Assembly (NCBI RefSeq): GCF_001194135.2
Contig: NC_068986.1
Span: 79,688,817 to 79,749,091, forward strand
Direction: 5' to 3'
Source: Octopus bimaculoides
Taxonomy: Eukaryota
DNA: 60,275 nucleotides
This document shows, in pieces, positions 38,953 through 52,649 of this stretch. Both the position numbers and the translations under genes were made by a program. The stretch's first letter is position 1. The number at the start of each line of letters is the position of its first letter. The notes below the pieces were generated by a model. It was not told where the DNA came from. It saw only the letters and a list, made by a program, of their open reading frames with translations, and did no database searches.

Positions 38953-39058
38953 TACATCGACCCCGAAAGGATGATAGGCAAAATCGATCTTGGCGGAATT
39001 TGAACTCAGAACGTAGCGACAGACGAAATACTGCTAACGATTCTCCAGCTGGCCGCCT
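38952..39058 (-). mobile_element. Family B SINE with internal deletions
   Basis: Collapsed between the two ATCGACCCC repeats and within the head. Confidence 0.8.
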
Positions 39059-39343
39059 GAAGAAGAAGAAGAAGAAGAAGAAGAAGAAGAAAAAGAAGAA
39101 GAAGAAGAAGAAGAAGGAGGAGGAGGAGGAGGAGGAGGAGAAGAGGAAGAAGAAGAAGAAGAAGAAGAAGAAGGAGGAGGAGGAGGAGGAGAAGAAGAGG
39201 AGGAAGAAGAAGAAGAAGGAGGAGGAGGAGAAGAAGAAGAAGAAGAAGAAGAAGAAGAAGAAAAAGAAGAAGAAGAAGAAGGAGGAGGAGGAGGAGGAGG
39301 GGAAGAAGAAGAAGAAGAAGAAGAAGAAGAAGAAGAAGAAGAA
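39059..39343 (+). repeat. 285-bp pure-purine (GAA)n/(GAG)n tract
   Basis: Read directly; the poly-K/E ORF is an artefact of this tract. Confidence 0.95.
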
Positions 39344-39519
39344 TGGTAATAATAATAAACTAGCGGGACCTGTAGAAATTCCACGGCGTAAGTCTGCATA
39401 TTTTAATATCCCTTATTTATCCCTTCTCTCCCACACTCTTTCTCTTGTGTTTTGTCTTTCTGTTTTTTTCACAGATACCTCTATTACCATTTCCCTCTTT
39501 TCTCTCTTTCTTCTATTCC

Positions 39520-40212
39520 CGTCATATTCACAATGGAGTTTAATCCCAAAGAACTTTCCTTTCTAGATATCCTAATCAAAAACCAAGATGGGGAAATTGA
39601 AACGGACATATTCTACAAATCCACTGACTCCAAACAGTACCTTCTTTTCACATTATGTCACACGAAACACACCAAACTCAGCATTCCTTTCAACCTGGCA
39701 AAATGAATTGTACCATAGTATCAGGACCATCCAACTGTGAATAAAGACTAGAGGAACTGAAGGACACACTTATCCAAAGAGCCTTCCTTCCTAGCATAAT
39801 CACCAACGGAATAAACAAGGCGAAACAAATTGATGTCAATGAATTTGGAAAAACGAAAAACAAGAGAAAGAAAAAGGTCCATTCGTGTCAACCTTCAATC
39901 CCAGAAACACCGAAATATTTGATCGCATCCACAAAAATCTCCCCATCTTATTTTCCGATGAAAAAAATTAGAAAAATCTTAGAAAAATCTTAGAAAAATA
40001 ACAAATCATCAAAAGCAAAAGGCAGCCCCAAACACTGAAACTCATTCTCACTGGAGTAAAAACATATAAAAATAAAATAACCTTCAACCCAGCAGTCACA
40101 AAATACAGGAGAACAAACTGTGGCACTTGCCTTTACTTTACTGAGGGATCAGAATTTAAATTCAAAGATAGTAAAGCCTTCAAAAACAAGTCCAACTTCA
40201 CCTGCAACACGG
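39520..40212 (+). mobile_element. Penelope-like element relic (RT thumb to start of endonuclease)
   Basis: FTME..ELSFLDILIK..ETDIFYKSTDSKQYL..CH.KHTK.SIPFNLA, then CGTC..SEFKF..FTCNT. Confidence 0.85.
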
Positions 40213-41067
40213 AAAATAGTAGAGCTAATCGACTGGCCCCCTCCCCAAAAATATTGGGCCTTGTGCCTAGAGTAGAAAAAATATATAAGAAGAAACACTT
40301 AGAAATAATTTTATACATATCATCATTTTTAGAAAATACTTCCCATCATCTAAATCTTTTTTCAATATGCATATATGCCAGCACACACAAACACACACAT
40401 ATACACTCACATACACACAGCTGGTGACCACACACATACACACAGGGGAAGATACTCAAAAGAATGCATCTAACCCAAGGAAAAATCCTAATTCTGTGGT
40501 CAACAAGAGAAATTCTTCACAGCATACACACCCATCAACTCACAGCTGGTCATTTTTCAAAACATATTGAAAGTGCATTCAACACAACACACACAGACAC
40601 ACACACAAACAAACAAGCTAATACACACACACACAAACAAGCAAACACACACACTCACAAACACACACACACAGGTAGACATAAAACTTATTCAATAAAT
40701 GCTTTTTAGCCACTCCCTTGACAGGAACACACAAAGATTTCTTTTAGACAGTAGACACCCTTTCACTCACTCTCTAGCACTTTAAATTCTACACTAAACT
40801 ATATTTAAAGAAGTCTTCAACGAAAAATCTCCAGACATGTTCTTGGTAACCAGACAGAAGATAGACTGTTTTTACTTCAAATTATTCAAATTTTTAAAAA
40901 TTTTTACTAATATTTAATAAGCTAAAATACATCGAAACTAGTAATATTAATATTTTTATTCATATAATCTTTTNNNNNNNNNNNNNNNNNNNNNNNNNNN
41001 NNNNNNNNNNNNNNNNNNNNNNNNNNNNNNNNNNNNNNNNNNNNNNNNNNNNNNNNNNNNNNNNNNN

Positions 41068-41190
41068 ATACTCTTTTACTCTTTCACTTGTTTCAGTCAT
41101 GTGACTCTGGCCATGCTGGAACACCGCCATTATTCGAGAAAATTGACTCCAGGACTTATTCTTTGTAAGCCTACTATTTATTCTATCTTT
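41068..41190 (-). mobile_element. Family A SINE 3' end next to gap
   Basis: CTCTTTTACTC tail, TTTCAGTCATGTGACT, GGCCATGCTGG. Confidence 0.8.
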
Positions 41191-41699
41191 TGGCTTCTTA
41201 GAAACTGGAGATAAATATTCTTAAAAGAAACCATACTGACTGAATTAATAAAAGGGACAAGAGCCACCAGAAAGGAAAACACCTCGTAGTTATTCGACTT
41301 AAGTCTAAGTTAACTTGTCAATTTTTACACTAAAGTTTTTTATTAAAAGGTCATATTAAATAAGTTAGTCTTAGATACACTACTTCTGAGTAGAGGATAG
41401 TTTGGTCAAGCGTGGAGGACTTTTGATCATAAATCTTCCTGTCTGAGTAGAACTGAGGATAATCAACAACAGCAACAACAAGCATACATTGAACAGTGGG
41501 GTTGTCACGGCTGGAACACCTTTGAAGTGTAGGTTTGTTTGATGTGGCTTAAAGTAGGCCTAAGCCACAACAACTGGTACAAATACGCACCAGAAGGTTG
41601 AGAGACAAAAATATTTGAAGCTGACTTAACAAGAAAATGTTAATGCACTGAATAAGATATTGGGAAACATGTCAGACAGGTTATTGCTAACGCAACCAT

Positions 41700-42460
41700 T
41701 TAAATATTGTCGTTTTAATAATAACTTTTGAGGTTGACACAAGACCTGAACATTTTTATAACCAGGCGGACTTACTCCGATGGATGCCAAATATGTATTA
41801 TTTTAGAGGCCATTTAGGTAGAGAATTTCAAATATTGGTGAAACTTAAAATTACTATCGGTAGCAGAAAAATAAGATATTCAGAGACACTTAGCTCGTGA
41901 CCTTACTGTTTCATTATAGATTTCTGCTCATAAATCTTGAATTCACTTCTACCCAATACCAAAGATTAGTTATGTTTGACTTTTTTGTTCTTTGAATAGT
42001 TTTAAATATTGGACCGCAGACATTCTGGGGCAACACTTTCGGAGGTTATAATCAGTTGCATTAACACAAGTACTTTGCCTGGTAATTATTTTCATTCCTG
42101 TCTTTGAAGATAATCAAAACCGGATAATAATGATTGTTCGCTGTATGTATTAAGTTCTGGTCGAGCAGCTCTTTTATAAGTAGCGCTGCAACTATCAAAA
42201 AATAAGACCATATTGGTATTTTAGAAGCCTCTAGGTCAACATTATCCAACGTGGTCTTTCCGTCTTCAAAATGCCTATGTATGATTTGAGGACAATTTAG
42301 CTCCTGTTTCGAGGAGGTGTAGCGATTGCATAGAAGCCGCTTGTTTGGTTGTAGCCACATAAACAGCAAAAATTTAGATGACTGGGTGCGAACCACTGAT
42401 GCTTTGACCTCTACAAATCACTTCCTTGCAACTCTGCGACGAAAACTAGAATGTCCACAT
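41700..42460 (-). mobile_element. Decayed mariner transposase relic
   Basis: RHFEDGKTTLDN (HTH-linker region) and a degenerate RKV..RWVP..EQK segment near 41985-42040. Confidence 0.45.
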
Positions 42461-43138
42461 GTATCGCATAATGTTTGCTAGTTTAAAAGCTGTTTAATAA
42501 TGCCCACCAATCTTGATCCGCATTATATTATGTCACGTGAATTCTATTGAGACTCACGTGAACAATAGAAAAAACCTATTGTTATTAGATTCTACCTGCA
42601 GCCATTTTTTTCGTTTTCTATTGATTTGCTGTTCGTGTTTAGGTTTCTTAAAATCTATCCAGAACGATTTACGTCGACCATCCAATGCTATTGCCTCTAG
42701 ATAATAAATAGTGGCAATAGTAATTTAATCTGTGGAGATGAGCAGCGGTGACAATTGCAGCTATAAGAGCTGATTGTGGTTAAAAGGAGTTCTGCCGCTG
42801 GCGAAATGCTATTAAATGATAACAACTGTTTATTTGTCATTTTATTTCTAGTCGAAATAAAATCCCGGTTAGAATATATTTGAAAAGAAATTTCTGATTT
42901 GTCTCCTGTTAAATGTCCTTATTGAAATATTATCAAACTATTCATACGCCTTCATCAAATACATTTACCTCAGTCATCTGGCACACTTGCCTTTCAAACA
43001 TTGCTATTCTTCCGACTATGTACGCTATTACTGTTGAAGCTGTCTTCCCCTTACAGCCTATCTGTTTTCCATTCATAAACCAGAAATGCTAACACTTTCT
43101 TGATATCTCTATTGTTCATAGATATTGCCTTGCATATA

Positions 43139-44120
43139 CAGGGTGTCTACAAAGATTTTAGACAATTTCAAAAAGTCATTACGAAAACCTTAGGAAATGC
43201 GTATTAAAGTTTTTTTTTAAATATCAATAGTTTTATGAACGTCATGATTTTATATTTCAGACCACAATTAATGTTGCTTTGTGTTTCAGACAGTGAGTAC
43301 TCCACATGAAAAGGCACAATTTGTGGTCTTGGTTTAACGGAACAATGTCAGATATTCGAACACGAAGAAATTACACAGCTAAACATGGACAAGCTCAGGC
43401 ACATTAGTTGATTCTTATCTTGCATAAGCAATTTATGGAAACGGTGATGGTGCTACATAAACAGGAAACTGAAAGGCTAAGAACATCTGAAGAAGATATT
43501 GATCGTATCCGTCAATCATTTCAACGCTCCCCATCTAAGTCCACCCGTACTACTTCCGCTCAGATGCAATTACCGAGATCACCAATTCATAAAGTGCTGC
43601 ATAAGAATCTGAGATTTTATGCATATAAAAGTCAGTTATTAGACATAATTAAGTTAAATGACAGACCACAACGAAAAAAATTTGTTATTACGATCCTGCA
43701 AAAATCGAAGAAGATAACCTCTTTAATCACATTCACTTTACCGATCAGGTAACCTTCCGTGTGTCTGGAAAACAGCAAATATCGTGCAAAAATTTGGAAA
43801 TCGGAAAATCCCCACATTACTGAGGAAATCGAACGTGACAGTTGGAGGTCAATGCGTGGTGCGGGATTTTATGCAACAAAGTTATAGATCAGGTCTTCCC
43901 ATTAGAAAAGACAATAACAGCTGATGTTTACCTTGGTATTCTAAATGAATATGTTGTGCCACAACTAGATTCCCATCCAAATGTCATCTTTCGGTAATCG
44001 CTTCATCGGGGAATAAACGTATGCGGATTTTTAAATGAAAGGTTTCCAGATCGCTGGAAGAAAAGGTGGCCTGATTCTTTGCCCCTCCCCCATCCCCAAA
44101 TATAACAACCATGGGCTTTA
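43139..44120 (+). mobile_element. Tc1/mariner DD37D (maT-like) transposon relic, right end missing
   Basis: TA followed by CAGGGTGTC terminus. IRQSFQRSPSKSTR..VLHKNL..YK.QL, then degenerate F.VSGK..IW.SENPH, V.AWCG, FLNERFPDRW segments. Confidence 0.85.
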
Positions 44121-44149
44121 TGCCCCATCCCACCCCTCACCGTGAAATT

Positions 44150-44528
44150 AGTGTTTCAGCAAAAAGGGATGATAGAATAAGTGCCATGGTTAAAAAGTAA
44201 ATACTGAGGTCGATTTGTTCGATTAAAATCATTCAAGTCGATGCTCCAGCTTGACCGCAATTCAGTGACTGAAACAAGTAAAAGATAAAAGATAAAGCAC
44301 TGAAAAGGACAAAGGCGGTAAACTGGCAGAATCGTTAGCAAGCCGGGCAAAGTGCTTAGCGACATTTCGTCTGTCTTGGCGTTCTGAGTTCAAATTCAGC
44401 CGGAGTTGATTTCGACGTTCATTCTCTCGAGGTCGGTAAAATAAGTACCAGTTGAATACTGGGGGCGATGTAATCGATATTTCCCCTCCCCCGAAATTGG
44501 TGGCCTTGTGTCAAAATTTGAAAACAAT
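44150..44528 (+). mobile_element. Family A 3' half followed by full family B SINE
   Basis: GATAGAATAAGT..CAGTGACTGAAACAAGTAAAAGATAAAAG, then AAGGCGGTAAACTGGCAGAATCGTTAGC. Confidence 0.85.
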
Positions 44529-45327
44529 ATATAAAAACACAAACTTAAAAAGCGACACGGAGCTTACTTGCAGAATAATAATCTCAACATTTTCAAGTCA
44601 GTGAGTGAAATGTTGAGCAGGAGCAGAAAACAGATACAGTGTGATCGAATATAAAAGCAAGAACGTACATGTAAATAGAACTGAATTACTTCAAGGCTGG
44701 AAAAGCTATTTTGTATAAAATCTTAACACTAAATTCCAACGCAAACCGGGAGCAATATAAAATATGCAGGATGATCCTTCAGAGTGCATACTAATGCAAA
44801 ATTAGAAAAAGGAAATGTAGAAAAGTAACAAAATGCTTGAAAGACCATGAAACCCTTCATACAGTTGTTATAGACAACAGAGGAACACAGGTTTTATGTT
44901 ATAGGTAATATTGAACATAGTGCGAAAAATAGAAAACACACCGAATGACTTAAACCGCTTGATAATAGCACCAATTAATGAACGAGGTGACATGCAAATA
45001 TCGAAAACTCCAGAGCGATTTCTTCCTGGGGAAACATGTTCAGTAAAACTTTTCACAATAGAATATAAAAGGAAATCGAAGAACCGACATGAGAAAGTGA
45101 TTATAGATTTAGACTTACGAGATGCACCGTTGGTGCAATTTTATAAAGTCGGAAAGCTTGTTGACAAGCTGACCAAAAGGAACATCAAATATTCTTGCAC
45201 TTGAACTTCATCGATAAGCGACTGACTTCGACACGACTTGGAGCAAGTCTTTTAGGAAGTGATGACAGTAATGTATATGTGTATGTATGTAGGTAGGCAG
45301 GTAGGTACGTACGTATGTATGTACGTA

Positions 45328-45712
45328 TCTTTTATCTTTTGTCTTTTACTTGTTTCAATCATTTTTGACTTCAGTCATGCTGGAGCACCGTCTTAGAGGG
45401 TTTTAGTCGAACAAATCGACCTCAGGACTTAGTTTTTAAAGCCTGGTACTTATTCTATCGTTCTCTTCTTTTGCTGAACCGCTATATTACGGGGGCGTAA
45501 ATACACCAGCACCGGTTATCGAGCGGTGGGTGGGGACAAACACTGGCACAAAGACGCTCACATTAAGAAGCTTGCTTCCCAACCACATGGTTCTGCGTTC
45601 AGTCCCACAGCGTGGCGACTTGGGCAAGTATCTTCTACTATAATCTCGGGCTAACCAAAGCCTTGCGAGTGGATTTCGTAGACGGAAACTGAAAGAATCC
45701 CGTCCTGTGTGT

Positions 45713-45757
<45 letters not shown>

Positions 45758-45893
45758 CGTGCGTGTGTGTGTGTGTGTGTGCGTGCGTGCGTGTGTGTTT
45801 GTGTTTGTGCCCCCAACCATCGCTTGACAACCGATGTTAGTGTGTCTACGTCCCCGTAACTTAGCGATCCGGCAAAATAGACCGATACAATAA
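45328..45893. mobile_element. Two family A SINEs back to back (3' half on - at 45328-45545; near-full on + at 45560-45893)
   Basis: Family A homology in opposite orientations. Confidence 0.85.
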
Positions 45894-45976
45894 NNNNNNN
45901 NNNNNNNNNNNNNNNNNNNNNNNNNNNNNNNNNNNNNNNNNNNNNNNNNNNNNNNNNNNNNNNNNNNNNNNNNNNN

Positions 45977-46016
<40 letters not shown>

Positions 46017-46614
46017 GACGGTCTTCTTTTCAGTTTCCGTCTGTGTATGCATATGTATACATGTATGTATGTATATATGTATGTATGTATGTATTTATGT
46101 ATGTGTGTTCTCTTTCCTTTTTTTCATTTTAAGTTAGAGTAAATTCTGACCGGCCACCTACTTCGTAGCACGGTTGTGAAGGAAAGTATCTTGCTTTAAC
46201 CAATATCTTTTAAATCTTAAGAAGGGCTTGCTGATTTTTATAGTACCAGATAACGTCCCTCGTTCTATAATCAAATATGAACACTTATGTATGTATGTAT
46301 GTATGTATGTATGTATGTATGCATGTAGGTATTTATGTATATATAAATGTATATATTGATGTCTCTCTGCCTCGTAACTTCGCGGTTCTACAAAGAGGGA
46401 ATGATGAAACCAGTAGCTGATCGTCATGAGCAGCTAAAATACTAATGGTAATGTACAGCATGGGCGTTGTTCAATTACACAAACCAATCAAGGTATAATT
46501 GAATTTACACCAACAAAAAACTGCTTATATACACACATGCACGAACACAGAAACACGTGTGTGTGTGTGTGTGTGTGTGTAGATTTATATACATACATAT
46601 ACAAACAGATAGGC

Positions 46615-46677
<63 letters not shown>

Positions 46678-47689
46678 CAACCCAGTCTGTCCTGTCAATG
46701 AATCAAACCTATGAAAACACCTGTTCTTTATAAATTTAAGTCTTTGACGACTCTTTTATTCGTTGTTTCTTTTGTAATTAAGAAACCGATACTAAAAATA
46801 TATGAGCAGCATTATTGCTACACTATTCTATTTACTCCTTTTATTTGTGTATTTTATTTTATTTTGATAATATGTTCGATATTTTATTTATTTTTGTCTA
46901 TACCTAATCAAATATGTCCTCAACGTAGATTTAACTGCATTTCAGCCGAACAAGAAATGTCGTTATCGTTTGTAACATTCCAGCTTACAAACAATGACAT
47001 ACTTCAATCGTTTCATCTAAACAGTTTTCTTCTCCCGCCATCGTGTAGCGCTATAAATATAAATAGACGAATGCGTTAGTATTAACCAATATAAATAACA
47101 TCAAATAGAAAATGCTGTGGATTAGACGCTCTAGACACAAATGTGCTATTGAATTCTCTTCACATTGTTTGTTCCTCTGGAGAGAAACAATCTCTTTGAT
47201 TGTTTTCTTAAGAAAAGAGAAAAAAATCTTGCATGCGAAGTAAAATAGAGAGAGTACGTAATGCGCCAACATAACTTTCTTGTCCGTTCCTCTTGTTAAA
47301 TCGGAATCTTCGATGACACCTATGTCTTTTTTATTCTACTCTAAAAAAATTAATGATCTGGAAATTAAAAGTAGAGAGAGAGAGTGAAAGAATACCAAAA
47401 ATTTAAAAAAAACAAGATGATCAAAATTGCCGGCTTGGCTCTCAAAGAAATAGAGAGAGTTAATGGTGAAGTTTCAGGTGCCGTACTTCTTTGAAGTTAG
47501 ATGTCAAGGAGAAAGCAAGTGAAAGACGGGGGAAACTGAAAAACGTAAAAGGAGCAGGCAACACGAAAATGTCTGACGTGTGCTTGTCGACATACATGCC
47601 TATACATATCGTTCAAAATTGCTCAAAACCTCAAAATAACAAAAGACAGAGACAGGTAAGGGAACGGACATTCAAATAAAATGGAAGAG

Positions 47690-47727
47690 TCTGTAACGTT
47701 CCGAGCCTACACTTTTCGACAGAAAGG
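47690..47727 (-). ncRNA. Relic Penelope-type minimal hammerhead
   Basis: The minus strand reads CCTTT-CTGTCGA-AAAGT-GTAG-GCTC-GGAA-CGTT, versus the canonical CTGANGA-..GAGC-loop-GCTC-GAAA-CGT. The core is mutated. Confidence 0.4.
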
Positions 47728-48129
47728 AATGAGGAGAGAAAACAGATTGAGAGAAGAAAAAAACGGAGAGAGAAAATGGTAGCATATGTGCATACTTACA
47801 CAACACACACACACACGCACGCACACACACACACACACACAAACACACACATACATACATACATACATACATACATACATACATAGGCAATAAGAGACAT
47901 GAGATACGTGAAGTGATTATATATTTATTTATAGACGTGACATCCTTAGGATTACGGCCGTTTTGCAATATTCATTATCTTGTATCAATTTCGGTGTGGA
48001 AGAAATTATGCTTACATATTTGAGATATCATTCAACTACGGCAATTTACTCATACGCAGCACCTTTCAGAGCTTGCCGCTATTTCAGTTCTTAATCAAAT
48101 TGAAAACTGCTTTTGAAGAGGACTGGTCC

Positions 48130-49730
48130 CTAGCTACGCTTTGGCATACAAAAGTATACATTATAATTAAAGAGCAGTACGTGAAGTACGAGAGTACGTA
48201 ACAGGCTGAGAGAGACAGTCATGCCTTTACTGGTTTTACTAAGTATACTGTATATCGAAGCGGGTGTTGTAACAATCAAACGTTGTAAGGAATGTAACAG
48301 TGGCAACGAGGATTTAAACAACTCACGAAGAATAAACTTGACGAGGATTTTAACAACTCGCGACTAATTAACAACTCGCGAGGAGTTAACAAACTCACAA
48401 AAGCTTTCGTTGTGTGAATTTTACGAAAAAAAAAGCGTAAAATTATGGAAAATTTGTTGGTCGGTTTGTTTGAGTTGCAAAAATTGCAACAACAGCAACT
48501 GAAAGAACAACAACAGCAGTAGTAGCTACAACTGCAAGAACAACAGCTGGAGCAACGACAACACCATCAACAACAACTGATATAACAACAGCATCAACAA
48601 CAACAACAAATAATATTACAGCAACAAATGCTGCAATTACAGAAGTCATCAGGAAAGTTAGAAAAAGTGTTTTCGACATACTATATCGCGAACTCCACAA
48701 CAGAGTTCAAATACGAACCTGACGAAGGAGTTAACTTTGAAGCATACTACAGAAGTTATGAGCAAATCTTCGAGAAAGAATGTAAAGATTGTAACGACGA
48801 GATGAAAACCACGCTTAATCTTAAGGAAACTGGTGGTAACAAAACATGAACGATATAGTAGTTATGTACTCCCAAGAAAACCTTCGAACATAAACTTTTA
48901 TAGCACAATAGATATATTGTGTAAAATTCTCAGTGAAAAAAGTTCATTGTTCAATACATATTGGAAGTGTCTGAACACAGAAAAACAACGATGAGGACAA
49001 CATCACATATGCTGGTAGAGTAAACAGAGAACGCTAGTTTAAGCTGGACTAATTAACGCCAGATATGTTCAAATGCCTGATTTTTACACAGAGACTTACA
49101 GCTGAAAACTACGCAGAAGTTAGAAATAGAATTCTCGTAAAGCTGAAACAAAACCAGGATGTAACCCTACAGCAAGTGTCAGGAGAAAGTGAAAGTATAG
49201 TCAAATTAAGACACGACACAGAGAAAATCGAATGGAAAGATTGTTTCCAAGTAAAACAAGTGCGAAATATTCAGAATAAATATAAGTGTTTTCTAAAACA
49301 CGAGAACAATCAGGAAATAAACACATGTCCTGCATGAGAAAGTATACACCTGAGAAAAAATTGTCGATTTAAAAAGCGGAATGCTTTCATTGTGGAAATA
49401 TAGGACATATAAAGGCGCACTGTAGAAGGAAGATGACAAAACGTCAGAACAAAGGAGAAAGAATAAATAGTATGTCATCGGAAGAAATTGGTAATATAAC
49501 GATGAGGAAATTCGTGAAGGTGAAAATCAGAAACACAAGTGTTAAAATGCAGTCGGACACTGGTAGTAATATCACCATTATAAATGAAAAAAAAAACATG
49601 GAAATATGTCAGTATGCCGAAATTAATTAAATCGAAAAAGGTAGCACTTGGTGTTACGGGAAAAAGATTATATTTTTTCGGTGAATTCATATGTAATGTA
49701 ACATTTCTAAGTCAAACGAGAAAGTTCGCT
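48130..49730 (+). mobile_element. Gypsy LTR retrotransposon relic (LTR end, PBS, gag, CCHC knuckle, protease)
   Basis: LTR end ..GTAACA at 48299; PBS TGGCAACGAGGAT 48301-48313; ATG at 48445; IANSTTEFKYEPDEGVNFEAYYR; CFHCGNIGHIKAHC; MQSDTGS. Confidence 0.88.
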
Positions 49731-49854
49731 CCATGTGAGTTATTTGCTATTACCTTGTTTAATTGCTGAATTGTTGAATTATTGTAATTACTTGAATTTG
49801 TTGCAATTTTTATTTGTTTTCCCCATTTACGGGCGAAGTTGTGAAGAACATTAT

Positions 49855-50400
49855 TATGGAGAATAGACAAGTGCAAACAGGCAGTTATACTGCAGTCACT
49901 GGCAAAAGACTGTCAGTGGAGCTACCACAAGTCCGGTAATTAGAAGTCAAAGACAAGGACTTCAAGAAATACAACACCTTGCTAAAAAAAAAGGAGGGAG
50001 ACTGTCTAAGGCTGACTCCTCCCAAAGAAGTTATCTAGAATACGGAAAAGAGAACTATCATATATAGAACGCTAAACATAGCATCGAAGAAGGTAGAAAT
50101 AGCAGCCGTAGAAGCAGTTGAGGAGTGTTGGAAAGAAATAAAAGAATCATCCACGTTCTACACCAGAGGACGGAAGTTCGGCTCGGTGGAAGTGTGCTTC
50201 GTAAACGAGAATGAAGCAAAGAAGTACTCCACTATAGACTTGAAATCAGCGGAGTGGGCACCACTACCTACTTAATGTGTCAAACGTGTAGCCAGAGTAA
50301 GTATAGGTAGAGTGCTCCCTGAAATTGACAAGGCATGGCTGGTGCCAGCTATTCTCTGTCATACAGAGGAAGATACGGAAGTTTTTTAAATGTCGAAGAA
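49855..50400 (+). mobile_element. Possible L1/Tx1-like ORF1 fragment
   Basis: Coding-like relic RTIIYRTL..FYTRGRKFGSVEVCF..KRVARVSIGRV.PEID.AWL. The assignment is by loose resemblance only. Confidence 0.35.
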
Positions 50401-50599
50401 GGAAGCACTTGCCAGATACTTTGAGCATTTGTCATTTACTTTCATCTGTAAATAAGCGTCAGACAGATCCAATTTGAAGAAAATTTTTTCACCATTTAAT
50501 TTTGCGAAAATGTCCTCTGGAATCGGGAATGGATGGTAGCATGTCTTTAAGCAGTCGTTCAATCCTGTAGAGAAATCGACACACAGGCCAATCTTACTA

Positions 50600-52036
50600 T
50601 TTTTTTTTTAATACATACCGTAGATTCCACTCTTTTCCAGTCTGTTCATTTCTTTATTTACGATTTCAATTGCCGCGAACGGTACTTTTCTATTAGATTT
50701 AAATAGAGGCACAGCATTTTCACTTACTTGAAAACAGGCTTCACCCTTTTTGCATAGGTTTAAGTCCTCCGATAGTACTTGAGGAAACATCTTTTTCAAT
50801 TTTCACTTAAATTCCTCAAACGATATATTTTTAACGGGACAACTATTTATGTTTTTGCAGTAGAGACTTGTGGGAAGATACCATAAGTCAAATAACTCCA
50901 ACCAATCTGCAGCAAATAGATTGACTGTATTCTCCACAATCAATATTTTTGCTTCGCGTGTTTCTCCTCGAAATGTGATGTCTATACGCATTTCGCCCAT
51001 GAAATGTAATTTATCGCCCGTAGCGCCATACGTAATATACGCTATTTTACGTAACCTCGGTTTCACGATTATTCTCCATGTATCCGTATTTATGATTAAA
51101 ATATCACTACCCATATCCAACTGTAGATTAATATTTGCACCATTTATTTTTACGTGAACGAATTTTCTTGTTTTTGTGTCGCATTCACTTTCTGCTGAAA
51201 ACACCTTAGAGCTTTCTGCGTTCGAGCTTCGTAATCTTGTCCTGCAGAGTGAGCTTTTGTGACCAAGTTTCTGACAACTTTAGCATTTAGGGTTTTTAAA
51301 CGGACAGTCTTTACTGAAGTGTAGGCCTTCACATCCGTAACATGGATTGGGGCCTGGCACTCTTTTTTGGTTGTACTTTCCGGGTCGACACATCTGTATT
51401 TTTTAGGAATCTTTCTCTTGAATTTTTTTCACGTCGTGCTTCAGGTTTACTGTTGTTTACATTCTTCTGTAACGGTCTGTAGGGTTAAATCTTAGTCCGC
51501 TCGCTCAATTTTTGAGAGAATACTTGCCCGAATTTCTCTATCATCGGTTGCCGTAAGCCCTTCTACGAAGATAAAGGATTTAAACATATCCTGAGTGAGT
51601 TCCTGAAGCTTACATTTTTCACACATACGTTTGACTACTCCGGCGTATGTGATAAAGTCATCATCGTCATTTTTTGTTCAGCTCCAACACTCCATTACAG
51701 TGACAAATAACGAACATTTGTCACAAAAGATCTTTGATAATAATGCAATAGTTTCTTGGAAACACAATTCTCTCGACTTTTGGGGCAATATAAAGTTACA
51801 GTAGCATTCATGCTCGGCGGAAGCTACCTTGTGTAATAATAGCCTCACTTTCTCCTCATCCGACCATGACTTGCTATTTTTGTCAAAAATTTCCTCGTAC
51901 CTTCTATAGTACGCAGGAAACGTAATACCCTCCTCCGGATTACCAGTGAATTCAGAAATCGAGTTCGCCAAGCCTTTTGGCGTAAACAAACTTACCGAAT
52001 TTTCGAACTTCTTTGACTGTAACTCAATTAACAGTT

Positions 52037-52110
<74 letters not shown>

Positions 52111-52500
52111 TGTTGTGGTTGTAATATTTGCCTCTGCAACTTCTGTAGTTGTTCCTGTTGCTTCACTTAGAGCTATATTACTGCAGCTTATAGGTTCTCC
52201 ATAATTTAACAAATGGCATGATGCACACATTGTCAAATAACCTACGTGAGCTTCGAAAAATCCTCGTCACCAGACGCCTCCAATATCGTAGTACAGTTGA
52301 TATTGTCGACGATAGATAAAGAACACACTGTAACAATGTTATAACAATACAAAATAGAAACAGCGGCAATAACAAACACACAACGAACCAACAATCTTTT
52401 ACGAAACAGCAATCAATATTTCTATCACACTAACTCTAACTGTAAACTGTATGTGGACTTCAAAGACCAAACTACGAACGTTTTCTTTATTCGCCACACA
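50600..52500 (-). mobile_element. Second Gypsy relic of related family (probable LTR, PBS, gag, protease, start of pol)
   Basis: PBS TGGTGACGAGGAT 52272-52260; ATG at 52202; LANSISEFTGNPEEGITFPAYYRRYEEIF; LQLDMGSD; VPFAAIEIVNKEMNRLEKSGI. Confidence 0.9.
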
Positions 52501-52649
52501 GGCTGTTACATAGAGAGGACGGTTTGGTCGGATGGCTGGGCTCAGTCGGCTCCATCCATCCTCGACTTTTTTCCCACATTCAGCCATCTTTTTCGAAACA
52601 TACTGTGTGACAGGTATCTCTTTTCCAGCCTGATCTTACTTCTGAGGTG

